A DNA stretch of 63,802 nt, the filler included, from Lama guanicoe (taxonomy: Eukaryota): assembly GCA_013239625.1 (NCBI GenBank). It is 99 parts of 99 records of this genome, joined end to end, with 100 filler letters (N's around TTAATTAATTAA, not from the genome) between each part and the next. Parts side by side here need not be neighbours in the genome. Positions count along the whole stretch, not along the records: positions 24,896 to 25,786 come from PNXV01027579.1; positions 25,887 to 26,675 come from PNXV01027583.1; positions 26,776 to 27,551 come from PNXV01027584.1; positions 27,652 to 28,171 come from PNXV01027585.1; positions 28,272 to 28,806 come from PNXV01027586.1; positions 28,907 to 29,121 come from PNXV01027587.1; positions 29,222 to 29,873 come from PNXV01027588.1; positions 29,974 to 30,603 come from PNXV01027589.1; 91 more parts are not named here. One strand, written 5' to 3'. The position numbers were made by a program, and so were the translations under genes. Below are positions 24,796 to 37,196 of this stretch, piece by piece. A model generated the notes under the pieces. The model was not told where the DNA came from. It saw nothing but the letters and a program-made list of their open reading frames with translations, and searched no databases. Every line of letters starts with the position of its first letter. Position 1 is the first letter of the stretch.

Positions 24796-26775
24796 NNNNN
24801 NNNNNNNNNNNNNNNNNNNNNNNNNNNNNNNNNNNNNNNTTAATTAATTAANNNNNNNNNNNNNNNNNNNNNNNNNNNNNNNNNNNNNNNNNNNNAAGCT
24901 GATCCAAAGGCTTTTCATTCTGATTTCAAACCCAAGGCCCCCTGAATCCCTCAGAGCAGATGCACGATCGCTCTGATTCAGCCCCACACGTACTCTATTG
25001 GCAAAATGCCCAATTGGTCCCTGGTCCTGCAGATGCACTGGGTGTGGCCATGGGACATATCGATAATTTCAACTGCGCGCGCCAGGGTGGTTGCTTGCTC
25101 ATTGGGGTCCCAGGTCGGTTTGCTCTCTTGATAGGACCCACCACATCCCACAACGCACTCCCGATCCCTGAGACTCAGCATGTGCCATCATCCGTAGCCC
25201 TATCCCTCCCTGAACGCTGCCTCTGCTACCTCAAATTTGGCAGCTCGGATCTTGGTCTCAGAATCAACTGTGGGGATATTTTGCACTGGATTCTTTGAGT
25301 TCTGTCAGCCAAGCATCTGCTGTGCACTCTTCTAACACTCAGCGCATCACCTTCAATCCCCTGTCTCCTGTCCGCTTGAGAGTGTGCGTCCAAGTTAAAG
25401 AGAGTTTCACCTTTACTGCTCCATCAACAGGGCTCAGACCATGCACTGGTATCCATTCCCTGCTTTTCCTTCTCCTGCTTCAAGGTGTTCTGAGGCCTCA
25501 CCCTGTCTTTGGAAGTAACAGACCTCACTTCGGCCACTATCCTGTGCAAGGGCTGGGTGAGTAGGTTTTTCCATTGCTCTGTAAATGAGGGCGAGTGAGT
25601 GCAGGTTGCACTTCTTCTCTGCCAACTGGGCATCGATGAATCAACACTATCCAGATATATTTCACAGAAATGTGATATTTGCTTAGGTCTTTGTTTCTAT
25701 ACAGCCATGGTGGGAGGGATTGTCCGAAGACAAATGATTTGACATTGTGTTGATATCTCATTTGCAGTCTTTATGAAGTTTAACAGNNNNNNNNNNNNNN
25801 NNNNNNNNNNNNNNNNNNNNNNNNNNNNNNTTAATTAATTAANNNNNNNNNNNNNNNNNNNNNNNNNNNNNNNNNNNNNNNNNNNNCTCCACTTAGCAAC
25901 CCCTGAGGAAGAATGCCGTTTTGCCAGCCACCACGCTGCCTTACGCTGATTTTTTTTTTTAAAACAGTACCATTGATTTGTACAAGTTCTGTAGTGTCTT
26001 TCCTTTTTATGCTCTCCGCCTCTCTAGACTCTTAATGTGTATTTTATGCCCTATTCTTAAACTAAGTCACAATCCTGTGCACTCCCAGATAAACTCAGTC
26101 TCACTGCGTGATGCCTAGTTGTCTGAAGGCGGTCTCAGCAGTGGAAAAGAGAGAACAGGTTGTATAGAGCAGTAGTCAGTTGCTTCCAGGGGAAAGACAT
26201 CTGAACTCGTAGGGCCAAAACATTGAGCCGGACCTTCCTCCTACAGAGGTAGTGTTGGACCCATAAAAAAACAGAGGACGAGCTACATAAGCCATCATCC
26301 CTTGAGAGGGGAGAAAGCTGAATCAATTCATTGTTGAATGGAGAGAGTGTGCCCTCGGTTTTCATGTTATCTGAGAAAAACGTCTGAGAATTGACCGTGT
26401 GTCAAGTATAGCAAGTATTAATTACAATGACACATAGCAACATTCATTTTATTACACAATCCATGCTTATTAAAGAATATCAATTCAGTATAATTTCTAT
26501 CATTGGGGTAGCAGTGTAGCACTTTTCATCTCCATATTTTTAAGTCAGAGGAGAGAGTTTAGGAATTTAATATATAGAGATTTCTGAGAGACGATAATGC
26601 AAGCTCTCTTCCTCAGAGAAAAGCACGTAGCACAGACTCTCAGAAGAGAAAATGATCGTTCTGTCCTTTCCTAGANNNNNNNNNNNNNNNNNNNNNNNNN
26701 NNNNNNNNNNNNNNNNNNNTTAATTAATTAANNNNNNNNNNNNNNNNNNNNNNNNNNNNNNNNNNNNNNNNNNNN

Positions 26776-27551
26776 ACCTCCACCCAGCTCTCTTCAGTCA
26801 CAGGTGTTCCCTCAACGGGGAAGTTCGAGAAATACCTTCGCTGACCTTGGGGAGGCAGCCTCTGTCACTGGGAGTCCCTGCAAACCCCCCTAGCATTCCC
26901 TGGAACAGAGACATTAAGATAAGCCTCAGGGGAGACCAGCTCAGGCAATCCGTAGGAACCCACGCGCTGCCGACCGTTGGTGGAACCTCCCCACGCTCAG
27001 GGTTCTGGAATCATTGTCAGTGCTTGTGGGAGCTCGAGAGACACCTCCACGCAGCTCTCTTCAGTCACAGGTGTTCCCTGTCCGGGGAAGTCCTAGAAAT
27101 ACCTTCCCTGACCTTGGGGAGGCAGCCTCTGTCACTGGGAGTCCCTGCAAACCCCCCTAGCATTCCCTGGAACAGAGACATTAGGAAAACCCTCAGGGGA
27201 GACCAGTTCAGGCTTTCCGTTGCAATCCACGCGCGGCCGACCGTTTGTGGAACCTCCCCACGCTCAGGGTTCTGGAATCATTGTCAGTGCTTGTGGGAGC
27301 TCGAGAGACACCTCCACGCAGCTCTCTTCAGTCACAGGTGTTCCCTGTCCGGGGAAGTCCGAGAAATACCTTCCCTGACCTTGGGGAGGCAGCCTCTGTC
27401 ACTGGGATTTCCTGCAAACCTCCCTAGCTTTCCCTGGCACAGAGACATTAGGAAAACCCTCAGGGGAGACAAGCCCAGGCATTCCGTTCGAATCCACGCG
27501 CGGCCGACCGTTGGTGGAACTTCCCCACGCTCAGGGTTCCGGAACAATTGT
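26776..27551 (+). repeat. 267-bp GC-rich satellite (subtype 2), ~3 monomers
   Basis: TTGGGGAGGCAGCC at 26847, 27114, 27381 (period exactly 267). Confidence 0.97.
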
Positions 27552-28271
27552 NNNNNNNNNNNNNNNNNNNNNNNNNNNNNNNNNNNNNNNNNNNNTTAAT
27601 TAATTAANNNNNNNNNNNNNNNNNNNNNNNNNNNNNNNNNNNNNNNNNNNNGATGTTTCTCTCAGTTTCACATTTTCTGAGCTCCAGATTTACATGGCCA
27701 ACTGTCTAGGAAGCATCCACCCTAACTTTCAAATAAATTACAAATCAGTAAGTTCACACAAATGTATATATGTATATACACGGACATATGGCTTTTGTCT
27801 ATCCATCGTCTGTCCATCATCTCTGGCAACCCAAGTTCATAATCCAGAAGCCAAAAGCCCTCCAAGATAGACCCCTCTCTTTGCCACTAACACCCAATCC
27901 ATCACCAAGCCAGTTTCAGCATATGATTGTCTTCGGAGTCCCCACTCTTCGCCGTTTCTGTGAACAGAAATGTACAAAAGTTTCTTCTGCTAGTCTGTGG
28001 AAGGTTTCTGACCCTGTGCTCCCAAGACTTCCATTGTCCTCCACATAGTATCAAATTCCCAGCACTACAGAAAAAAGAGAAGTAGATAACAGGCAAAGTA
28101 ATTTATATAAATGAGAGATCTTTTTTTTGTTTTCAAAAAGTAATGGAATTGTTTTCAAACTAAATATCTAANNNNNNNNNNNNNNNNNNNNNNNNNNNNN
28201 NNNNNNNNNNNNNNNTTAATTAATTAANNNNNNNNNNNNNNNNNNNNNNNNNNNNNNNNNNNNNNNNNNNN

Positions 28272-28806
28272 TCTTTTTCTTGAATATTGCTTTGGGGATT
28301 ATCGATCTTTTATGACTCTATGAAAATCCTAGTATCTTTTGTTACAGTCCTAAAAAGAAATGTTTTGCATAATTTGATAGGAAATAACATTAAGTCTGTG
28401 GATTGCTTTGGGCAGTATGGCCGTTTTAACAATATTGTTTCTTCCTTTACAAGACCATTGGGTATCTTTTCAATTTTCATATCTTTTTTGATTTCCTTAA
28501 TCAATGATTTCAAGTTCTTAATGTATAATTCTTTCATCTCCTTGGACAGATTTATTTTTAAACATTTTATAGTTTTTGGTGCAGTTGTAAAAGTGGTTGC
28601 TTCTATAATTTTTTCTCCTGTTGATTCAATGGTAGTGTAAAGAAATGCAATTGGTTTTTGTACATTACTCTGGTTACCTTGTCCAGTTCCTTTTCAGCCT
28701 AAGTAATTTTTTGTGAACCATTTACAGTTTTCTATGTATAGTGTCATATCTGCACAAAGTGATATTTTATCTCTTCTATTCCATTAGAATATTTTGTTTC
28801 TTTTTT
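28272..28806 (-). mobile_element. L1 ORF2 fragment
   Basis: KELYIKNLKSLIKEIKKD; TGTGGATTGCTTTGGGCAGTATGGCCGTTTTAACAATATT. Confidence 0.85.
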
Positions 28807-28906
28807 NNNNNNNNNNNNNNNNNNNNNNNNNNNNNNNNNNNNNNNNNNNNTTAATTAATTAANNNNNNNNNNNNNNNNNNNNNNNNNNNNNNNNNNNNNN
28901 NNNNNN

Positions 28907-29121
28907 GTGATACCTCATTGTAGTTTTGATTTGCATTGCTCTGATAATTAGTGATTTTGAGCATTTTTTCTTGTGCCTATTGATCATTTATATGTCTTCC
29001 TTGGAGAATTGCTTGTTTAGGTCTTTTGCCCATTTTGGATTGGGTTGTTTGCTTGTTTCTTATTAAGTTGTTTGAGCTGCTTATATATTCTAGAGATCAA
29101 GTCTTTGTCGGTTTCATTTGC
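28907..29121 (-). mobile_element. L1 ORF2 fragment
   Basis: GTGATACCTCATTGTAGTTTTGATTTGCATT..TGAGCATTTTTTC. Confidence 0.9.
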
Positions 29122-29221
29122 NNNNNNNNNNNNNNNNNNNNNNNNNNNNNNNNNNNNNNNNNNNNTTAATTAATTAANNNNNNNNNNNNNNNNNNNNNNN
29201 NNNNNNNNNNNNNNNNNNNNN

Positions 29222-29420
29222 AGACAGATACGGGAGTGGAGTGGGGGAAATGCAGCCTCCTGGAAGGATCACAGCAGCCTTGTACACCATGGCTAGGACT
29301 TCGAGCAGCTGGGAAACCTTTGGAAGGTTTTGAGTGAAGACTGACATGATATGACTTCACTTCAACATTATTCCTCCAGCTGCTGTGTGAAAAGGAGACT
29401 GCAGTGGGGCGAGAGCGCAG
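29222..29420. mobile_element. L2 remnant
   Basis: TGGGAAACCTTTGGAAGGTTTTGAG..TGACATGATATGACTT..TCCAGCTGCTGTGTG. Confidence 0.55.
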
Positions 29421-30159
29421 GCCAGCTATTTGTCATGAGTTTTGACTGTCTAGAACCTTTTAAATCTTGCTTTGGTACATTTTCAGCCTTAAGAATTTCA
29501 TCCCCCTAGTTTAGACTCCTCAGCCTTTCATTTGCAACTAGGACACAGACATGCACACTAGTCTTCTTAAGTAGCTCCTCTAATCAGGAGCATCTCTGGA
29601 GACCTGGCTTCTGACTGAGCAGGCATGGATGCTTGCTGATGTCTTGCCAATACTGTGCACCTTTCAGACAGTGGTGACAGGTTTCCCCCTAGTCATTTAA
29701 AGCTTGTGTTTGTGGTACACAAGGGGCATTGGACAGGCAGGCTCTCCACTAGGGTTGATGTTTTTCACAAGATATTTTGGGGGTAATTATGGGATATACT
29801 CCTGCTTCTGGGAATACCTGGATAGTCTTGAGGAAGATAAAGGTGGGGAGGGTGCCAGTACTATTGTCAAGTANNNNNNNNNNNNNNNNNNNNNNNNNNN
29901 NNNNNNNNNNNNNNNNNTTAATTAATTAANNNNNNNNNNNNNNNNNNNNNNNNNNNNNNNNNNNNNNNNNNNNTCAGTAGAATTAGGAAACCATTCCTGT
30001 GGTAGTATTATTTTCAGTCCTTTCAAATAAACTCAGTTCCCAATATTTTGCAGAGGAAGCATTCTAAACATGATCAGGATCTTCTATCTTATAAGTTTGT
30101 CAGAAAGCATCAAATGTTAAACAGTTTGATAAACAGAAAAGTGCACCACACTGACCCCT

Positions 30160-30603
30160 ACCTATATCCATGTTCTAATCCTGAAATCTGTGAATATGTT
30201 ATTTTACATGGCAAAGGGTATTTTGCAGATGTATCAGGTTAAGGACTCTGAGACAGGGAGATTAGCCTGGATTATCTACATGGGCCTAGTCTAACAACAG
30301 GAGTCCTTAAAAATTGAAAATCTTTCCCAGATGTGGTCAGAAAGATATGACTTTGGAAGAAGGATTAGAAAGCTGTAAAGCTGTTAGCTTTGAAGATAGA
30401 GGAAGGGCCATGGGTAAAGAAATGTGGGTGAACACTAGAAGCCGGAAAAGACAAGGAAATATATTCTTCCTTTGACTTACAGAAGGGCATACAGCCCTGC
30501 TGACATCTTGATTTTTAGCCAAGTGATACCTGCTCCTGACTTGACCTACAGAACCATAAAATAATAAGTTTGTGTTGTTTTAAGCTGCAAAATTTGTGAT
30601 AAT
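30160..30603 (+). mobile_element. MLT1 (MaLR) LTR, MLT1D-like
   Basis: CTGTGAATATGTTA..TACATGGCAAAGGG..GGAGATTAGCCTGGATTATC..CAGCCCTGCTGACATCTTGATTTT..TGTGTTGTTTTAAGC. Confidence 0.85.
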
Positions 30604-30703
30604 NNNNNNNNNNNNNNNNNNNNNNNNNNNNNNNNNNNNNNNNNNNNTTAATTAATTAANNNNNNNNNNNNNNNNNNNNNNNNNNNNNNNNNNNNNNNNN
30701 NNN

Positions 30704-31121
30704 GATCCATCTGTCATGTTATAGAAAGATACATCTCCACCCTCATAATCCAAGAATATCCCCACACCAAGGGGTTTTTCTTTTAGAGTAAGAAGAGCTT
30801 CTGGGGATGTGAGGGCCCAGTACTCCCCCCCATAGAGCCTGATGGCCCAGAAACCATTGTTTGGTGACATTATGACCTTCCTAGCCCTTTCAACATTATT
30901 CCTACAAATCCCCAGGTCCCAGGAATGTGTGTTCTCAACCTTTACTTCCCAGAAGTATCTCCCTTTGCTGATATGCAGGTTACCAAGCACACAAGGAAAA
31001 GAATGGAATCTCTCTGTGGAGTTGGGTAGATCTTGCTGCCTTTCTTGCCAGGTTACTCTTCTCCCCTCTTCAGACAGGAGGAGGGCAGGATGGGCAGTGT
31101 CTGCATCCAGAGTTATATTTA
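30704..31121 (-). CDS. Terminal B30.2/PRY-SPRY exon of a butyrophilin-like (or TRIM) gene, partial
   Basis: (V)NITLDADTAHPALLLSEEGRRVTWQERQQDLPNSTERFHSFPCVLG..SKGRYFWEVKVE..WDLGIC..SPNNGFWAIRL..VGIFLDYEGGDVSFYNMTDG; open frame; acceptor TTTCTTTGCAG. Confidence 0.92.
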
Positions 31122-31297
31122 CTGCAAAGAAATGTGACCATCACATTTCTAGGAAGGGTCTCAGTAGCCCTGGACCAGAGTGTCCCCATTCTCTGAGGGT
31201 GTCTCTGGCCCTGGGTGGATCCAGTTCATCTCCATCCATCTTCCCCTGGCACTACCCTACATGGAGCAGGGTCCCTCTTGCACCACCATAGACTCAC
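31122..31297 (-). other. Complete 176-bp phase-1 intron upstream of the B30.2 exon
   Basis: G|GTGAGT donor at 31297 and TTTGCAG acceptor at 31122; splicing yields in-frame GTA (Val). Confidence 0.75.
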
Positions 31298-31809
31298 CNN
31301 NNNNNNNNNNNNNNNNNNNNNNNNNNNNNNNNNNNNNNNNNNTTAATTAATTAANNNNNNNNNNNNNNNNNNNNNNNNNNNNNNNNNNNNNNNNNNNNTA
31401 AGTCCCATGTTTATCAAAGTATCTGTAGCATCTTACTATTTTTTTTTACCCAGTTTCAAAATAAGAAAAGTCTATTCGTTAAACTTGTTCAGATAGGTGA
31501 ATGTAAGAGTTCGTCTTATAGGTCATCCCGAAAGATTGGTTGAAATATTTATGTCATGAGAATGTTTCAAGGAATATTTACAGGTAAAGTCCATCTTTAT
31601 TGGGCAAGTAAATATTGAATTACTCCAAAGCAGGAAAAAAATTTCAGGAGAGAAACTGTTTGAATAAGAAGGTAAGAGAAAAAGTTTTATACTGGTAGGA
31701 TACAAACTCNNNNNNNNNNNNNNNNNNNNNNNNNNNNNNNNNNNNNNNNNNNNTTAATTAATTAANNNNNNNNNNNNNNNNNNNNNNNNNNNNNNNNNNN
31801 NNNNNNNNN

Positions 31810-32224
31810 AACCATGATTATTCAAAAGAAAATACCCAAGGTGATGTCAAGGGTCATTAAGCACCCATCGACTTAGCATCGCGGCTTGCATGTACTCAGC
31901 ACACTTGTATTCGGAAATCAGAGGCGTGCATTCATATTCGTAAATATTGATTCATAAGAGCATATCGTGACCTAACCCAAATGCCGATTTGGAATCAAAT
32001 GGATTCCTAGTCCGTGATGTAAAATTGTATGTCTTCTAACAGGATGAAGGAATGCCATATTCTACGCTACGTAGGGAAGAAATGAAAGCAGCCTATAACA
32101 AGGCAAGTAGTGCTGCCAAAGTGTACTAAGGGCAAAAGAGACAGACAGTAAAGTGTACATTGGGGTTGGTTTCATTTTTTGGAATTTCAGCCCCCATGAA
32201 ACAAATGGATCCATGTCCTGAGAG
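31810..32224 (+). repeat. Second copy of unclassified multi-copy sequence (see 22929-23550)
   Basis: Colinear similarity over ~400 bp. Confidence 0.88.
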
Positions 32225-33649
32225 NNNNNNNNNNNNNNNNNNNNNNNNNNNNNNNNNNNNNNNNNNNNTTAATTAATTAANNNNNNNNNNNNNNNNNNNN
32301 NNNNNNNNNNNNNNNNNNNNNNNNTCTGGAACCAAAGAGCAGTGCCTCTTCTCGCGAGATGTGCTGAAACATGTGAATTGCTCCATCTGCTCCCCGTTTC
32401 TACACTGTCTTGCCTTCTGCCTGTGAATATGACACTGCATTGGCCACTTGGATTACTCTGACCAACAGAGACTGGGATGAGACCCATTTCCTTTATAGAG
32501 CATTTAGTTCATTAAGACTGTCTCCAACAAGACTCCAAACAGCAGAATGTGGCAACCTGAAGTACGAATCTCAAAAATGCTCTAGAGCTCCAAACCCACA
32601 GTGGAACTGATCTCCTGACCATCAGTGCACACCTTAGAAATCTATGTAGTTTTCTCTTTAATATTTTATATTGACCTTTCTAATTCCCTGAGGCATTAAT
32701 CCGGGTATGGAAAGAACAACTGCATATACTCTGCCTTGATCCACAGACAGGATGTCTCAGATAATTCTATCTTCCCTAGGTTTCGGCCCATTAGTCGATG
32801 CCAAATCGAATGTTTCTGAGAACTGAATGGATATCACTGATCACTTCAAATAGAGTCAGAGACAAATTTCATCCAACTTGCTAATTCAACACGCATGGTG
32901 GTGCTAAATGTTCACAGTTTGCACATGCCTTAGGCTTCAGTTATTCTTTGGGAAACTCCACACAACCTAGGGAAGCCTGATTTGAGAAAAATCATCACAT
33001 TCATCTGAGGGCNNNNNNNNNNNNNNNNNNNNNNNNNNNNNNNNNNNNNNNNNNNNTTAATTAATTAANNNNNNNNNNNNNNNNNNNNNNNNNNNNNNNN
33101 NNNNNNNNNNNNATTTACTTAAACATCATTTATGCAATTAATTTGTTTTTAATTAATGGGTGCCAATGAATATGAAAGAATTATGAAAGGTGTATCATTT
33201 TCCTAGGAGCATGTTTATCTGTGTATAAAGAGAACAAATATGAAAAAAAAAACTGGTCTGCATACAATCCTGTGAAAGTCAAAGCCAATACTAAAGACCA
33301 GTTTTAGATGGGGTGGCCTGAGAGCAGATGTTACATGCTGTCTTATGATAATCAATACATTTTAGAATAATTTTATACTCTTAGGGTATAAAATTTTATA
33401 CTCTTAGGTGGATATCAATATTAAGCACACGACTGGGTGAATGCCTTATTTTTAGAAAAATCTCAGTGTTGTCAAATGTAACTGTCTTGAGCACAGGGAA
33501 CCCTCATCATGATTGTTTTTACCTCTTGCTGGATGTATGCCCTTATGCTTCTGTAGCTTTATGGTTGTAGGAAAAGCTTCAAATTTATAGTTAAATTAGA
33601 AATATAACTAGATTACAAATAAGAAGATACAGTAAGATCTTATTTTTAC

Positions 33650-33776
33650 CTGTACCCCAATAATGAGCATAAAGGATTTAATTTGTTAGCTGATACAGAA
33701 ATTCCTCTTAGTCAAGAACGCTGAGACGGATGTCTAGATGAAACTAATGCTGACAGGAAAGAGAAACCTGAGGGAT
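33650..33776 (-). other. Candidate 127-nt non-coding exon
   Basis: CTTTTTTTCCCTCTTTGCTTTTGTCGATTTCAG|ATCC...GTACAG|GTAAAA; stops in all three frames. Confidence 0.35.
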
Positions 33777-33990
33777 CTGAAATCGACAAAAGCAAAGAGG
33801 GAAAAAAAGAAGAGCCAGCCTCTTCACAATGTAAACTCCATGTTGGATAGAAGAGGAATTGTATGAAGTCAGGAAAATACTTGGGAACATNNNNNNNNNN
33901 NNNNNNNNNNNNNNNNNNNNNNNNNNNNNNNNNNTTAATTAATTAANNNNNNNNNNNNNNNNNNNNNNNNNNNNNNNNNNNNNNNNNNNN

Positions 33991-34500
33991 ACTGAGAAAC
34001 CAGAGTAAGGGATTCTCCTGCAACCCGTTCCCTTAGTGCAGTGGTGAACGAACATCTCTCCACATGCTCAGTTCTGAGATAAAAGTGTGTGTGAAAGCCG
34101 TCCTTCACCTAGGTCGAAGGGAACACAAAGTTTCTTTTCAGTTGCAAACTCCACTCCATACATATATATGGGGAGGTACAAGCTCCATCTCGGTTTTACA
34201 GTGAAAACGGAAGGCACTTCAAACCGGCACTAGGAAACAGACTGAGAAACCAGAGTAAGGGTTTCTCCTGCAACCCGTTCCATTTGTGCTGGATGAACGA
34301 ACGTCTCTCCAAATACTCAGTTCTGAGAGATAAGTGTGTGTGAAACCCGGCTTTAACCTTGCTAAAAGGGAACACAAAGTTTCTTTTCATTTGCAAACTC
34401 CACTCCATACATATATATATGAGGAGGTACAAGCTCCAGCTCCGTTTTACAGTATAAACGGCAGGCACATCGAACCGGCACTAGGAAACAGACTGAGAAA
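33991..34500 (+). repeat. ~250-bp satellite, 2 monomers
   Basis: ACTGAGAAA at 33991, 34241, 34492. Confidence 0.95.
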
Positions 34501-35278
34501 NNNNNNNNNNNNNNNNNNNNNNNNNNNNNNNNNNNNNNNNNNNNTTAATTAATTAANNNNNNNNNNNNNNNNNNNNNNNNNNNNNNNNNNNNNNNNNNNN
34601 GTGCCCTGTGCCCTGTGAGGCTGATGTGTGTGGGCTCTATCAGTGTGCTTCCTTGACCTCTGGCAATTGATTGGGTTTCCACTTCATAAGTAAGGAAGTA
34701 AAGGAAGGGAGTGCGAGATAGCCCAGGCCACTCTCTCTGGACTCATCCACGGTGACCATGTCCCTTAACTGAATGAAGGGGCTCCTATCAAGTGACTTAA
34801 AACACAGCCATTTGTGAACCTGGGTTCTTGTAACCACTCACTCTCCTTCCTGTCTGGGCCTAGAGTTAGTGGCACTGCATCCTGATTTTACTAACTCCTG
34901 GAACTTCATTAGTCCTTTGAAAATAGTCACTTTATTAACCTTTCCTCAAATCACCCAATTTAAGTGCACCATCTATTATATGACAGTGCTGTGACTGATA
35001 TGGCAATTCGTAAGGCTCCAGATACCACTAATTTTCATGGAACTCAATAAAAAGCAGACCAGAGGAAAGACTCTGGAATAGAGAAAACTGTCTTTGATCC
35101 CCAGTCTAACACTCACTAGGTGTGACCTTCACCAAATTATTTAACCTTTGAAAGCATCAATTACTTTGTAAAACTGAGNNNNNNNNNNNNNNNNNNNNNN
35201 NNNNNNNNNNNNNNNNNNNNNNTTAATTAATTAANNNNNNNNNNNNNNNNNNNNNNNNNNNNNNNNNNNNNNNNNNNN

Positions 35279-35732
35279 TTTTTTTTTCCTCCACTTCTTC
35301 TTCTTGGTCTCTTTTCTAATGATTTGATGACTAGTGAAGTTCATTTAACATTTGCTGTAAAGCTGGTTTGGTGGTGCTGAAATCTTTTAGCTTTTGTTTA
35401 CCTGTGAAGCTTTCGATTTCTCCATCAAGTCTGAACAAGAACCTTGCTGGATAGAGTATTCTTGGTTGTAAGTTTCCCCCTTTCATCACTTTAAATATAT
35501 CATGCCAGTCCCTTCTGGCCTGGAGAGTTTCTGTTGAAAAATCAGCTGATAACCTTATGGAAGTTCCCTTATATGTCATCGGTTGCTTTTCTCTTGTTAA
35601 TTTTAATATTTCTCCTTATCCTTAAATTTTGTTGATTAGATTACTTGCTCTATTCCTTTGTGTGTTCCTCTTTGGGTTGACCTTGTGTACAACTCTGCAC
35701 TTCCTGCACTTGGGTGACTGACTCCTTTCCCA
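35279..35732 (-). mobile_element. L1 ORF1 C-terminal fragment
   Basis: TYKGTSIRLSADFSTETLQARRDWHDIFKVMKGGNLQPRILYPAR. Confidence 0.95.
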
Positions 35733-36224
35733 NNNNNNNNNNNNNNNNNNNNNNNNNNNNNNNNNNNNNNNNNNNNTTAATTAATTAANNNNNNNNNNNN
35801 NNNNNNNNNNNNNNNNNNNNNNNNNNNNNNNNATGAGCCTATGTCTTCTGTTTATATTCAGGAGTATTAGCAATATGAGATAAAATACTGAACACCCCAT
35901 CCTTCCCCAGAAGCAAAGTGCAGTATGTGCGACATAAGCTTTTAGTTATCTGATTCTCGTTTCTGATCCTACAGGCAATTTTTGTGTTGCATGTTTCCCG
36001 GCAACCTGGAAGGTCATTTTAGCCATAGGTGGCTCTGTTGCACCTTCTTACAGTCTTAATTTACCTATTTGTAATGAAGGTTTAAACAAAGTTATTTTAT
36101 TTTGATTTCTTTGCTTAATGCTTCNNNNNNNNNNNNNNNNNNNNNNNNNNNNNNNNNNNNNNNNNNNNTTAATTAATTAANNNNNNNNNNNNNNNNNNNN
36201 NNNNNNNNNNNNNNNNNNNNNNNN

Positions 36225-37096
36225 CAAATCTAAATGCAACAAGTGTAGGATTACTGATCTGATTTCTGCTGGGTAACTCTTATATCTGAAGTATAGTGCC
36301 AGTCTATTTGGATAACGAGCTAAGTCACTAATCTAAGTGCAACAACTGTTGGATTACTGATCTGAGTTCTGATGGGCTAACTCATAACCCTGAAGTTTAG
36401 TGTCAGTCTATTGGGCTAACGAGCTAAGTCACAAATCTAAGTGCATCAAGTGTCGGATTACTGGTCTGAGTTCTGCTGGTCTAACTCATAAATCTGAAGT
36501 TTAGTGTCAGTCTGTTGTGGTAACGAACTAAGTCACAAATCTTAGTGTGATAAGTGTCGGTTTACTGATATAAGTTCTCCTGGGTAACTCATAAATGTGA
36601 AGTTTAGTGTCAGCCTATTGGATAAATGAGCAAAGTCACAATTCTAAGTGCAACGAGTGTTGGATTACTGATCTTCCTTCTGCTGGGGTAACTCATAAAC
36701 CTGAAGTTTAGTGTCAGACAATTGAGCTATAGAGCTAGGTCACAAATCTTTCTGCAACAAATGTCGGATTTCTGATCTGAGTTCTGCTAGGCTAACTCAT
36801 AAATGTGAAGTTTAGTGTCAGTTTACTGCACTAACAAGCTAAGTGACTAATCTAAATGAAACAACTGTTGGATTACTGATCTGAATTCTGCTGGGTTAAC
36901 TCATAAATCTGAAGTTTAGTGTCAGCCTATTGGACAAATGAGCAAAGTCACAAATCTAAGTGCAACAAGTGTCGGATTACTGATCTGAGTTCTGCTGGGC
37001 TAACTCATATTTCTGAAGTTAAGTGTCAGTCTATTGGGCTAACGAGGTTAGTAACAAATCTAAGTGCAGCAACTGTTACATTACTGATCTGAGCTC
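36225..37096. repeat. 104-bp tandem satellite, ~8.4 monomers
   Basis: GGATTACTGAT-type anchor at 36248, 36351, 36455, 36559, 36662, 36766, 36870, 36974. Confidence 0.95.
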
Positions 37097-37196
37097 NNNN
37101 NNNNNNNNNNNNNNNNNNNNNNNNNNNNNNNNNNNNNNNNTTAATTAATTAANNNNNNNNNNNNNNNNNNNNNNNNNNNNNNNNNNNNNNNNNNNN

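Noticed and set aside
30842..31291. 149-aa plus-strand ORF
   Set aside because: Antisense shadow of the B30.2 exon and its intron
36225..37096. 104-bp array as CRISPR or tandem ncRNA cluster
   Set aside because: No unique spacers, whole unit repeats, no RNA gene motifs recognised; mammalian context
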